From the human T2T-CHM13v2.0 reference genome, Homo sapiens: a stretch of DNA of 64,000 nt. The notes under the pieces were generated by a model. The model was not told the origin of the DNA. It ran no database searches and saw nothing but the letters and a program-made list of their open reading frames with translations. Each line of letters starts with the position of its first letter. Position 1 is the first letter of the stretch. This document shows positions 14,228 to 29,590 of the stretch, one piece after another. Where the stretch lies: assembly GCF_009914755.1 (NCBI RefSeq), contig NC_060935.1; one strand, written 5' to 3'. A program made the position numbers and the translations under genes.

Positions 14228-14620
14228 ATTTTTCAAACGCACTTTTTTTCATTCAACAAATAATTTTGTAACGTCTTCCATAAAATTACTACTCTAGGCA
14301 CTAGGGATTCAGCCAAGGTTGAAATGCAGTGATGCTGGGAAAATAAAAGCAAAAGTCACGGGCTGGCTAGGAGATAAGCTTGTGGACAGATAATTAAAGT
14401 GCAAGCTGATGAGCAGAATCAAAACATAGTGGAAGCATAAAAAAGCATGCCTCAAAGTCTGCCTGTGAAACCCAGGGAGAATTTCCCAAAACAGGTGGCC
14501 CTTGAACTGACATGAAGGAGGAACAGGAGTTTACAAATAATGAAATGCGGAAGAACATAGGAGGCAGAGGGAATAGCATATGAATGGGATATAATACTTA
14601 AGCAGCTACATAGTGTTTGC
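14228..14620 (-). mobile_element. L2 LINE 3' fragment
   Basis: TTCATTCAACAAATA terminus; AGGCAGAGGGAATAGCATATG. Confidence 0.65.
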
Positions 14621-14739
14621 CCAATTTCTTGACCTCTTGTTAATAATTGGCTCTGATGACACACTTCCTTATTGACATCCTCCTTATTTTTAGTTTCCAT
14701 GGCACTTGTTAATATCCTGTTCCTCTGCATAGCTCCTGG

Positions 14740-15840
<1,101 letters not shown>

Positions 15841-16059
15841 AGCTTCTGTTGTTACGATGTTTCAAATGTGTACAGATTGATTTCTATCCCATTTCTAGGC
15901 AACTAACGGTTTGCTTTCTGTCACTAGAGATTAGTTTTATTTTCTAAAATCTTACGTAGATAGAATCAAATAGTAGGCATTCATTTTAGTCTAGCTTCTT
16001 TCACTCATCATAATTATTTTGGGTTTTTCTCATGTAGTTTTCCGGTATCCATGCATTCA

Positions 16060-17370
<1,311 letters not shown>

Positions 17371-18349
17371 TTCTATTGAAGGTTTTTGAGGGACTCTAGT
17401 GTTTAACTAATTGAGAATACAGAGAATCAAATGTTGCTCGTTACTAGTAAGTTCAAAATGGGGGTCATGACAGGGACTCCTGCTCTCTCCAAAACTTTAT
17501 GCAGTAAATTAACCAGCTAGTTCTAGTCAGAGAAATTGGAAAACCAGGCCCTGATGAAGTCTTACTAGTCTGTTTCCTAAATGAAGGTAGATATCAGTAA
17601 AGATTTCCCAGCACTTCTTACTGATTCATATGGAAGCCAACTGTAAGAGAAAACACTTAAGAGTAAGAGCAAGAGTAAAGACAATAGCAAGTGAATAAGT
17701 GAGAGAGAGATAAAGAGAGCCCTTTGCCTTTTGAATACAGGGATGACCCATTTAGCTCTTAAGATTACTCAATGGATGACAAGCTTTACACATATCACCA
17801 ATCAGCTAAAAACAAACAAAAAAAAGCAAACACAAACAAAAACCTACTCCTACAGAAACAACAGAGATAGGGACAGAAAGTATTGGAGAATTGCTTTTAA
17901 TATTGTCCCCTACTAAGAGGTGAAGCAAATATCCCTCTTCAGAAATGTGAGAATCGAGGAATAAATGTTTTCCTTATCAGTCATTTCACCACTGAAAACT
18001 AGGAATGAGATGAGAAAGTTGCTGATAACCAAAGCAAGCCATATATTTGCCTGTTGTAGAATACACTGCTGAATAATTTATTATGTTTTTTGTAGCTCTC
18101 CAGACCACAACTGAAATCTTGACTCTTCCTCTTACCAGTTGTGAGGCCTTGAGTGAGTCTGTAAAGCCATCTTTGAAAAATGGCTAAACAGATTTTAACA
18201 AAATTTAGAGAGTCTGTGTAGAATAGTCTGATATATAATAGGCATACATAAAATCACATGGGAACAGTTTGAATGGGATAGTCACTTATTTTCCATGGCA
18301 ACTGACATAAAAGCACAGAAAAATGTCAGTATAACTGCACACTGAGGAT

Positions 18350-18418
18350 AAATAGATTAGATTGATGGATGGATGGATGGATGGATATAGATAGATAGAT
18401 AGAGCAAGCTTAGACAGA

Positions 18419-18469
<51 letters not shown>

Positions 18470-18490
18470 TAGATAGACAGAGCAAGCAAG
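18350..18490. repeat. Compound tetranucleotide STR (GATG/GATA/GACA)
   Basis: Direct reading. Confidence 0.9.
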
Positions 18491-19535
18491 CCAGGTTCAG
18501 AGAAAATAAAAATTTAGCTTAAAGTTAAAAGAAAAAATGCTCCAGATTGTAAGCAATTATTTGTGATTGAATTGTTTCTTGTATAGATAATCATGTACTA
18601 GCTTACTCCATGGTGATTAGCAGCAAGAATTGATTTAATATTGCTACGTTTAATATCACTTATTCTGTAAGCTTTTATTGGGCATACTGTCTGTGTCAGG
18701 CACTGGGCTAAACACACAGTTGATGTAAGAGTTGTCTCGAGTTTGTAAGCATCTGGATTAGAATACACGACTAGCCCAAGGACAAAAGCAGAAAATCATA
18801 TCATTTTATGACATAGTTGGAGAAAGAGAGAAAATAATATAAACGAGAGAAGAGTCATCTTCTAAGTATGTATACATTCTATTCCTTAGAAAGATAGTTG
18901 CTTACAGTTGCCCAACATTGCCTATTAATTGCAATTAAGTTTAAATCATGGCAAAGTCATAGAAAGCTTGATTGTAGATATATATCTAAGCTGTATTCTC
19001 CAAATTAATTCTAATCAGTAATAAACTGGAATTTTATTCCCCAATATTAAGTAAAATTATTCAAGGGAGTAAATAAATGTGAAGTGTAGGAAAAATGCTA
19101 TGGATGAACTAATTATACTATCTAATAAAAACATCTATACTTTATTGAACACTTATGTGTCAGACCCAGTGCTGAGTTGTGTGTATATGTGTGATTAAGT
19201 CCTTCAAAGGAAGGTGTTGCTAATCCTGTGTTTCAGACAGAAAAATGCCATTCAGAGATGTAGGAATCTCACTCAAGGCCAACAGCTGACTATGGAATGC
19301 TACACTCCAAGAGAATTCTAATCTTGCCCCAGAAGCCTGTTGATGCTCCCAGATCTGGTGGGTTGTATGTCATCTTAATAAGCTACAAAGCCTGAGATAT
19401 ATATTTTATGTGAAGTGACAGATTGAGGGAGTCATCTCAAGAGAAACCTGTAAGTAAATGAGGCAAACAAGAATAGAACAGGAGAAGAAGCTACAGAAAG
19501 ATATGGTTGCAGGTGAAACATAGCCTCAGCCACTA

Positions 19536-19855
19536 TTTTTTTTGGCTCGGGGTCTCACTCTGTCGCTCAGGCAGGAGTGCAGTGGCACAATCATGGCTCA
19601 CTGCACCTCCACTTCCCAGGGCTCAGATGATCCTCCTACCTCAGACACTGCCCCCACCGCCCCCCCACCCCACCACCAGGTAGCTAGGACTACAGGTGCA
19701 TACCACTATGTCAGGATAATTTTTGTATTTTTTGTGGAGACAAGTTTTCACCATGTTGCCCAGACTGGTATCTAACTCCTGGGCTCAAGCAATCTGCCCG
19801 CCTAGGACCCCCAAAGTGCTGGGATTATTACAAGCATGAGCCATCATGCCCAGAC
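19536..19855 (-). mobile_element. AluJ-type SINE with C-rich internal insertion
   Basis: Antisense Alu with GGGCTCAAGCAATC J-type motif and poly(T) at 19536. Confidence 0.9.
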
Positions 19856-20842
19856 TCAGAACCACTTTTATTTTACACTAAGTCTACTCCATCCAGGCAT
19901 ATATTCTACAGTATTCCGGATGGTCACATTTCTGGAGAAATGTATAAGCAGAGGGTTAGTGGAATGAACTTCAGCCCCAGCTACTGCAGTTGGTCCTGAG
20001 GTTGGAACTAAATAATACTCATCATTCTTTGACCACACAGAAATCCCCCATTAGCTTGACTGAATAGGAGACCCAGATCCTCATCCCTGAGAGATCTCAC
20101 ACTTGTTTATTATGCCCATATCAGTCCATGGTTGCTTTATTTGGCAATTTAAAGTTAAATTTGGCATAACAGTGCCATGAATATGTCAAATATATTCTTC
20201 CCCAGAAGCCTTCAGGGTCTATTACCCTCTCCAGTTTGGTGATTCTGTTCTGTGTCTGCTGATCTATTGGCGTGAGAAGCTGAAAGTGACCAGCCAACAG
20301 CCATAACTTTATGTTTAGTGAGACTCATAATGGGTCTCCTGCTGGAAGCATCTCCCCTCTAAGAATCAGTAATTCTAGACCTGCAAAGTTTGAAGTTGTA
20401 AGCATGGGAAACACAAATTCCCCAAATAGGTCCAGATAGTGATAGAGAATAAGACACTTACTTGCCTACTTCCATTTCTCAGCCCAGATATTCTACCTAT
20501 AGTGGACATGCCCATGCAATGGCTATTGGTTTGAGGTATACATTGCACGTTGAAGGACAGTGCCTCATCCTTGCAGGGTGCCCTTTCCCAGTTGGCACCA
20601 CAGCTGTACTGTCAAGGAGCTATTCCACTGCCCTATCAGGGCAGTAGCTTCTAGAAAGGCCGGCATGTAGGAGGTCCGCTGGATCTGGATTCACAGTCAT
20701 GTGCTCACTGATGTACCTTCATTGCTATAAAGTAAGCCCCTTGGTTCAAGGAGGAGTTACACAGAATCTCATGTTGGAAGTGGTGTTGACAGAGCACTGT
20801 TACCAGAAAAGGCAAACCATGCCTGAAAAATGTTTCATTTCA

Positions 20843-22739
20843 TCAGCCCTTTGCCAGACGGATAGATTGCAAAAATTTTCTCCCATTCTGTAGGTTGTCT
20901 GTTCACTCTGATGATAGTCTGGTTTGCTGTGCAGAAGCTCTTTAGTTTAATTAGATCCTATTTGTCAATTTTTGCTTTTTTTGCAATTGCTTTTGGCGAT
21001 TTCATCAAAAAGTCTTTGCCCATTCCTGTGTCCTGAATGGTATCACCTAGAGTTTCACCTAGGGTTTTTATAGTTTTGGGTTTTACATTTAAGTCTTTAA
21101 TCCATCTTGAGTTAATTTTTGGCTAAGATATAAGGAAGGGATCCAGTTTCAACTTTCTGCATATGGCTAGCCAGTTCTCCTAGAACCATTTTTTTAAATA
21201 GTGAATCCTTTCCCCATTGCTTGTTTTGTCAGGTTTGTTGAAGATCAGATCGTTGTAGATGTGTGGTTTTATTTCTGAGTTCTCTATCCTGTTCCATTGG
21301 TCTAGGTGCCCATTTTTATACCAGTACCATGCTGTTTCAGTTATTGTGGCCTTGTAGTATAGTTTGAAGTTGGGTAGCATGATGCCTTCAGCTTTGTTCT
21401 TTTTGCTTAGGATTATGTTGGCTATATGAGCTCCTTTTTGGCTCCATATAAATTTTTAAATAGTTTTTTTTTCTATTTATGTGAAGAATGTCAATGGTGG
21501 TTTAATGGGAATAGCATTGAATCTCTAAATTGCTTTGGGCAGTATGGCCATTTTCACCATATTGATTCTTTCTATCCATGAGCATGAAATGTTTTTCCAT
21601 CTGCTTGTGTCATCTTTGATTTCTTTGAGCAGTGTTTTGTAGTTCTCCTAGAAGAGGTCTTCACATTCCTTGTTAGCTGTATTCCTAGGTATTTTGTTCT
21701 CTTTGTGGCAATTGTGAATGGGAGTTCATTCATGATTTGGGTTTCTGCTTGTCTGTTGTTGGTGTATAGGAATGCTTTTTATTTCTGCACACAGAATCTA
21801 CAAGGAACTTAAGCAAATTTACAAGAAAAATACTAAAAACCCCATTAAAAATGGGCAAAGGATATGAACAGACACTTCTCAAAAAGACATACAAGCAGCC
21901 AACAAACATATGGAAAATAGCTCAACATCACTGATCATTAGAGAAATGCAAATCAAAACCACAATGAGATACCATCTCATGCCAGTCAGAATGGCAATTA
22001 TTTAAAAGTTAAGAAACAAATTCTGGTGAGGTTGTGGAAAAATGGGAATGCTTTTACACTGTTGGTGGACCATAAATTAGTTCAACCATTATGGAAGACA
22101 GTGTGGCGATTCCTTAAAGATTAAGAACCGGAAATACCATTTGACCCAGCAATCCCATTACTGAGTATATACCCAAAGGAATATAAGTCATTGTATTATA
22201 AAGACACATGTATGTGTATGTTCATTGCAGCACTATTCACAGTAGCAAAGACATGGAATCAACCCAAGTGCCCATCAATGATAGACTGGATAAAGAAAAT
22301 GTGGTACATATATACCATGGAATAATATGAAGCCATAAAAAGGGACAAGATCATGTCCTTTGCAGGGACATGGATGGAGCTGGAAGCCATTATTCCCAGC
22401 AAACTAACGCAAGAACAGAAACCCAAACACCGCATGTTCTCACTTATAAGTGGGAGCTGAACAATGAGAACACATGGACACAGGGAGGGGAACAACGCTT
22501 ACTAGGGCCTGTTGGGCGAGGGTGGGAGGGAAGAGCATTAGGGAAAAGAGCTAATGCATGTTGGCTTAATACCTGGGTGATGGGTTGATAGGTGCAGCAA
22601 ACCACCATGGCACATGTTTACCTATGTAACAAACTTGCACATCCTGCACCTGTACCCCAGAACTTAAAAAAAAATAATAATTATAAAAATTTTTTTAAAG
22701 ATTAAGCAAAATAAAATGCTCCTGGGTAAAACAAACCAA
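20843..22739 (+). mobile_element. 5'-inverted, truncated L1PA (older primate subfamily) with 3' extension
   Basis: Antisense ORF2 20843-21791 then sense ORF2 end/3'UTR 21792-22690; TSD AAAAATGTT(T/C)CATTTCA at 20826-20842 and 22740-22756. Confidence 0.9.
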
Positions 22740-25663
22740 AAAAATGTTCCATTTCAAATCTGGGTGAATTGTTACCTTTTCCAGAATGGTATTGGGTCTA
22801 ATGTAATCAACTGCACCCCAAGTGAATGACTAGTGTCCTCCAGGGAAGGTACAGTATAGAAGGTTTAGTGTTATTCTCTGTTACTTAAAATTTGGCATTC
22901 AGCAATGGCACTAGCTAGATCATCCAGGCTATCACCCTGCATAGCCTCCATCTCTGCCACTGTGCCTTTTTATTTTATTAGTCCATTGTGCATTCAAGGG
23001 TTAGCTGGGGACAGACTGGCTAATATCCACTGGCCAAGTTATCCTATACACTTGATTTAAAATTTAAAAAAAACTCTTTTGCAATAGATATTCTGTGGTG
23101 AGCATTAATATGCAATACAAAGATTTCCATATTTTGAGTCTGTTCCCATAGGTCCATCCACATGACTCTCCTCGAGGCTTCTTTGCCACAGATATTCCAA
23201 TCTTGCTCCTTTCAGGCTCCTAACCAACCCATAAAGTAATTCACCACTGCACCTGAGTCTGTGTAACTCAGGACACTTCTTTGTTTATACAAAGTAGATA
23301 ACCAAGAAAACCAGCTAAAACTCTCACTCTTCTCACTGCGAGAATGTCTACTTACCACTATTTTAGAGGGCCACTCATGAGTTGGGCTGTAGCGTAGCCA
23401 CACTGTATTTTTGATTTCCACCAATATATCTGAGCTGACTCCTGCATAAACGAAGCACGGTGTTTTTGTTTGTTTGTTCCCTCCTACATCAGCTGATCAC
23501 AAAATATTCCCTATGAAGCCACAGGTGTGAACTGAGAGCAGGTTATCAGTGCAGCAATGGTGAGTGACATGAGAGCCATGGTCACCTGTTCATGCAGCAT
23601 AGTTGTGATCTCTGAACTTGTTCACACTTAATTCCAGAAATAGTAATACCATCTTGTAATAGATTGCTGTGGAGTCCACTAAACCTTACTGCTTGGTGGA
23701 TCTAACAGCATGTAGTTCCCAATAAGCAATGCTGACTACACACTTACTTGATGCCTGTTGGTCGCATAACCAGTTTCTACCAGGGCCCAGCATCATGCCA
23801 GTAGCTATTTTTTGAATCATGTTTGGTTCCTTTTTGCAGATGGCATGGCCTAGCTCCAGAACCTTAGGGATCTGTGCTGTAACTCTCCTACTGGGGCTTG
23901 CCAGAGACACCACATGGCGTTTTTGATCGCTACAAATACCTCTAGTAACATGGGATCAGCTGAACCATATGGCTCAAGTGGAAAAGCAGCAGTCTGGTCC
24001 TGCTGCAGAGGCTTTTCTTGCTCTGAGCCTCTTTCAAAATAAGTAGTTTTCTCTATCACCTAATAAATTGGTAAAAGCAGTATTCACAAATTGTGGAATA
24101 TGCTGTTTCCCAAACCCAAGTATACTAGTTATCAGCTCTTACTACCTTTCAGCTTCAGAAGGTGAGATCTCTTTAAAAGCTTCAAAGGAGGCCCTCTGAA
24201 ACTCACACATTGCTTCCAGTTGGCGATTACTAGATCTGAACTTGTAATTTTCTCTCTTCAACATATCAGCGGTGCTTTGCACCACCACCCAAGTTCACAG
24301 TCCCTGTAATTATTATCCTAATAATATTTCAGTGAGATTACATAAACATATGTATCCCCTTCTGCCTGTATTCAGTTCCAATTAATCACAGGTGAAAGAA
24401 TAAACCATTTCACTGCCACAGCTTCATGGCAGAAACCATCAGTACTCCACCTACTATCAGTGCTGGGATCCTCACTGCCACTCAGGCAGCAAATGATATA
24501 ACTCCAGAATCCCAACTTTTAAAGTCACCTTTTAGGGTCATTTCTGGTTTTAGGTCGGATTCCCTAGATGCAGCAGCTGAAATGGGATTTTTGTGCAAAT
24601 GACTTATTGAGAGAATGTTCTCAAAAGGACATTGTAAGAGAGAAATGAAAGCAGAATAGAGCAGGGGAAGAAGCTAAGCAAAGACATGACTGCTGAAATC
24701 TCGAATTAGATTGAACTCTTGGGGGCATTCTAGAACATACAGAGCCTTACAAAGTTGTCTCATTTTGAGGCCAGGTGACTGGGCTTTTGAACCCCCACAT
24801 TTGTTAGCATTGGCTGTGGACCATAGTTTAGGAGGTGGGCTTAATCTCCCAGACACTTATAATAAGTAAAGAGACTCATATCAACTAAGAAAAGTCCTTA
24901 GAAAATGGATACAGGTATGAGCCTTTACTGGCCAATATTTTCAACAACTGGAGGGATGGGTGCACCAGTCTAGTAAAGGGTAACTGAATGGGCTACCAAA
25001 AGGATTTACTGCCAGAAATACGAGTTCTCTGGGAACCATCATTCTACTCTACCCAGCGCATAAGTGAAGAAATTAACTGCCTTGCTAGTTACCTGATGAG
25101 GCTGCCACGTATCACCCTCACCATAATTCCCAAACGCCTCCCCTACCTGCATTGTTAGATGCTCCACTGGTATCAAGCATCTTCAGCACCCGCCATAATC
25201 AGAGAGTAGGTCTCATCAGCCAGCATGATCCACAAGTGTAAGTCATGGAGGGTAACCAGAAAGCAATTTTATTTTGTAGCTTGCTTCCTTTTAAATGTGC
25301 TCAGAGAGAAGAGCTTTTATATTGCTTCTAAGAGCAAACTCAGGTAAACACTGTGATATTTCTCACCTTTTGTAGACAGACTAGAAATTAAAATGTCCAA
25401 GCCAATAGTCAAAATTACAAACTTATTTTGAAGTTCAAGACTCTCCCCTTCTAGGGGAGAGTGTCCCTTCCAAGGTTGGTGCTGAGGAGCAAGGAGAGGT
25501 GATAAGGCAGGAAAGTTCTTATTTGGCAGGCACTTTTGTGGCTTCTTCTGTATTCTCAGGGCTGAGCCTCCAGAAGAGCTGACTCTTTATCAGGGAGGTA
25601 CTTTCATTGGTTTTGCAAAACCATGCCACTCACCATTGACACGTTCCTATCTGCAGCTTTCTT

Positions 25664-28559
25664 TTTTTCAGGTTTATTGGTATATAACTGGCAAATACAA
25701 ATTGTATAGATTTAAGGTCTACAACTTAATGCTTTGACATATGTGTACATTGTGAAATGATCATCACAATCAAGCTATTTAACATAGCCATCATCTCACA
25801 TAGTTACCTTTGCTTTCTTTTATGGTGAGAACACTTAAGGTCTATCCTCTTAGCAAATCTCAAGTATACAAAATGGTATTTTTAACTATAGTCATCGTAC
25901 TGTACATTACATCTCCAGAATTTGCTCATCTTGCATAACTAAAACTTTGTATCCTTTGGCCAAAATCTCCCCCATTTTCCCCATCTCCGCACCCCTGGCA
26001 GCCACCATTCTACTCTACCATCCTTTAATCGGTTGGTCTGATGACAGACATTTAGGTTGTTTACATAGTTTGGCTATTGTGAATAATTCTGCAATGAACA
26101 TGGGAGTGCAGATGTATCTTTGAAATACTGACTTCATTTTCTTTGGATATATACCCAGAAGTGAGATTGCTGGATCGCATGTTACTTCTATTGTAATTTT
26201 TAAAGGACCCTTGATAGCATTTCCCATAATGGCTGTACCAATTTACATTCCCATCAACACTGTACAAGGGTTCCCTTTTCTCCACATCTTCCCCAACATT
26301 TATCTTTAATCTTTGTTATAATAACCATTATGGCAGGTGTAAGGTGATATCTTACTGGGGCTTTTAAAAATTAATATTAAGTGAGCAAAGGACATGAACA
26401 ATTTTCAAAAGAAAATATACATGCTGCAAACAAACGTGATAAAAAAGATCAACATCACTGGTCATTAAAGAAATGCAAATAAAACCACAATGATATACCA
26501 TCTCACACCAGTCAGAATGTCTATTATTAAAAAGTCAAAAAATAACAGATACTGAGAAGGTTGTGGAGAAAAGGAAATGCTTATATACTGTTGGTGGGAG
26601 TGTAAATTAGTTCAATCATTGTGGAAAGCAGTGTGGCAGTTCCTCAAGAAGCTAAAAACAGAACTACCATTTGACCCAGCAATCCCATGACTTGGTATAT
26701 ACCCTAAGGAATATAAATCATTCTACCATAAAGACACATGCACATGAATGTCCGTTGCAGCACCATTCACAATAGCAAAGACATGGAGTCAGACTAAATA
26801 CCCAGCAGTGACAGATCGGATAAAGAAAATGTGGTATATATACACCACGGAATACTATGTAGCCATAAAAATGAATGAGATCATGTCTTTTGCCAGGAAC
26901 ATGGATGGAGCTAGAGGCCATTATCCCTAGCAAACTAATGCAGGAACAGAAAACCAAATACTGCATATTCTCACTTTATAAGTTGGAGCTAAGTGATGAG
27001 AACTCATGGACACAAGGAAAAGAACAACAGACACTGGTGGTCTGCTTGAGGGTGGAGGGTAGGGGCAGGAGAGGATTAGAAAAAATAACTATTGAGTACT
27101 AAGCTTACTACCTGGGTGATGAAACAATCTGCACAACAAACCCCTGTAACATGAGTTTAGCCATATAACAAGCCTGTAGATGTACCCCTGAACCAAAAAT
27201 AAACGTTAAAAATAAATAGAAATATCAAAATAATAAAATTAATATTATTTGTAATGGACAGATGATTGCATATACTTATAGGATACATTGTAATGTTTTG
27301 TTAGATGTATACAATGTGATTAAATCAAGCTAATTAATATATTCATCCCCTCAATTTCAAATCTATCATCATTGTGGCTTTGATTTGCATTTCCCTGATG
27401 ATTATTGCTATTGAACATTATTGCATATATCTGTTGGCCAAATACATGTCTTCTTTTGAGAAATGCTTATTCATGGCCTCAGCCAATTTTTAATTCTGTT
27501 ATTTGATTTTTTTTTCTATTGAGTTGTTTGAGTTACTTACATATTTGGGATATTAATGTCTTATGAGATATATGGTTTGCAAATATTTTCTTCCAATCCA
27601 TTAGTTGCTTTTTCACTCTGTTGATTGTTTTCTTTGTTCCACAGAAGAATTTTAGTTTAATGTAATGTAATTCTACTTGTCTATTTTGTTGTTGTTGTTG
27701 TTGTTGTTGCCTATGCTTTTGGTGTCACACCCAAAGAAAAAAAGTCATGAGGCCATGGCCAGGTCCACAATTATGACTGCAGATGGCAGGCTTGTTACCA
27801 GGGTTGCAGATCCCACCAGGTTTCTGAGCAGACAGAACTGCCTCCAGGACTACAGTGGAGAGAAGCCAGAACCAAGTCACATGGCTGTTTTAGGATCTAT
27901 GGTTGAGTCCACAGGCCTGTGGTCAGTGAGACTGTTACTTGGGATGCTGATGGGTATGGCTCTGGCCAGGTCCTTCAGTGGATAGGATTCTCCCTGGACC
28001 ATGAAAGACCAGGTTTGGAGCAGGTCACAGGGGTGCGTCAGAGTCTACAGTTGGGTCCAAAGTCGGTGGGCCTACCACTGAGGTATAGACAGCGTCTCTG
28101 CAGCCAAATCCGAGTGAGCAAGCCTGCCCCAGACCATGGTAGAGCAAGGCATGAGCACGGTCACAGGGCTACTTCTGGATCTGTAGTCAGGTCTGAGGTA
28201 AGCATGCCTGTTACTGGGGGTACAGACGGCAGTGGCTCCTCCTGGATCCCTTTACAAATGGGGCTAGGGTCAGGACCATGGCAAGTGGGGTTAAAGCTGA
28301 GTCTGCAGGGGGATGGGGCTGCTTCCAGTCCATAGCCAGGACCACGATCAGTGAACATGTCTTATGGATCTGTCTTCTAAATGTGGCCCTCCTCAGCCGT
28401 GGGCTCCTGCCACAGGATTTTGCAATCTTTTACCTGGGTCCCAACACTCCCACCAAGGCACGTTTGTCAGTGAGTGGCTGCCAGATTGTTATTTCTTTGG
28501 GGAAAAAAATGTGCCATGAGCTGGAGACCTTCTATTCTGCCACCTTGCTGACGTCCTTG
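25664..28559 (-). mobile_element. L1MA-type element: 5'UTR joined to ORF2 3' end, with nested L1s
   Basis: 5' terminus reads GACGTCAGCAAGGTGGCAGAATAG on the - strand; L1MA-like 3'UTR from 25664; identical TSD TCTGCAGCTTTCTT at 25650-25663 and 28560-28573. Confidence 0.8.
26380..27234 (+). mobile_element. 5'-truncated old L1PA/L1PB 3' end nested in L1MA
   Basis: ORF2 C-terminal and 3'UTR motifs, A-rich tail; TSD AAAATTAATATTA at 26367-26379 and 27235-27247. Confidence 0.88.
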
Positions 28560-29389
28560 TCTGCAGCTTTCTTGATCTTGACAAATAAATCTCAGTTCAG
28601 CTGTTCCCTTACTCCCTTGTTAGTCCCTATGAATCTGGTGATATCATCAATTTCTGTTAGCTGAAGAATGTTCACATGTCTGTGTCATCTTAATGTGTAT
28701 TGAATTCTAGTTCCCTCTCCTGCCTCTGGCCCATGGGAAATACTCACTCATTCTTTCCCCTATACCTTGGAAAGATGAGGTTTTTTCCATACTGCAGGAT
28801 CATGCCTTTGCTTCACTCCAAAGCAACTGGTTGATCAGGCTCTGGCTATTTATATTTGTCAAGTAGTTTTTAGAAACAGGCCACCATGTCCTCCAAGTCA
28901 AAGAGGACAGTTGTTAAACCCAGACCATTGAAACCAGTCATTAAGTTTGAGTTACATAGAAGGGACCCCCACCCCATCTCCTTTGAAGTGCATGGTGGGA
29001 TTTGTAGCACACCAAAAGCTTATTCCAGAATTCCACATTACAAAGCTTCTCTTGATCTTTACTCTTTCTGCCTTGTTTTCTAACCTCTAATGTGGATAAG
29101 GAGTCTGAGTGTTTTATAATCAGTTTTTTGGCTACCTCTTTAAAAAGTGCATCTGCATTTGGCACTTCCCTGTGAATGAGATGCCCATAAGGCTTTCACT
29201 TTAACATCTTATTACATCCAGTTTCAGTTTTTGGTATGACCTCTTCAGCTTTCTCTCTCAAACATGAGATTCTAAAAGCATTTTTCCCCAATTCTCTACG
29301 GCACTTTTCCATTCAATCCTTTCACCTCTCTTAAGCCCAACCCAAAATAAATTTATTAAATAGCCAGCTATGTTCAGAAGATAATGTAT

Positions 29390-29590
29390 TCACCTGCACT
29401 TAAAGCCAGATTGATCTAAGATCAATTCCCACCTTTGTATTTATTGGTTGTATGATCTTGAGTATGTTACTTAGCCTCTCTTAGCTTCATCCATAAAATA
29501 CTTGCCTTGGAGAATTATTGAGATGATTAAATAACGTAACAGTTTATAGTGCCAGGTAACAAAGTAGATGCTCCATAGATATTAGAGTCT
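29390..29590 (+). mobile_element. MIR SINE relic
   Basis: TGATCTTGAGTATGTTACTTAGCCTCTC core; GTGCCAGGTAACAAAGTAGATGCTC 3' end. Confidence 0.65.

Larger units (their letters stand above)
19360..25014 (-). mobile_element. Ancient ERVL-class provirus remnant (LTR16/33/50-like LTRs, degraded pol)
   Basis: Similar LTR copies at ~19360-19530 and ~24545-25014; ORF 23850-24059 (-) resembles ERVL Pol (EQEKPLQQ..PLEPYGSADPMLLEV..WCLWQAPVGE..LRFWS); integrase-like sequence continuous across the L1 at 20843. Confidence 0.75.

Noticed and set aside
25270-25350. Possible small exon (TTTTGTAG...CAG/GTAAAC); also isolated AG/GTAAGT donors near 34491, 42205 and 43733
   Set aside because: Splice-like motifs occur at chance frequency; no coding signal or partner exons identifiable
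27677-28664. Cluster of 100-138-aa ORFs, one with a poly-Leu signal-peptide-like start
   Set aside because: Lies antisense in the L1MA element; the poly-Leu comes from a (GTT)n microsatellite
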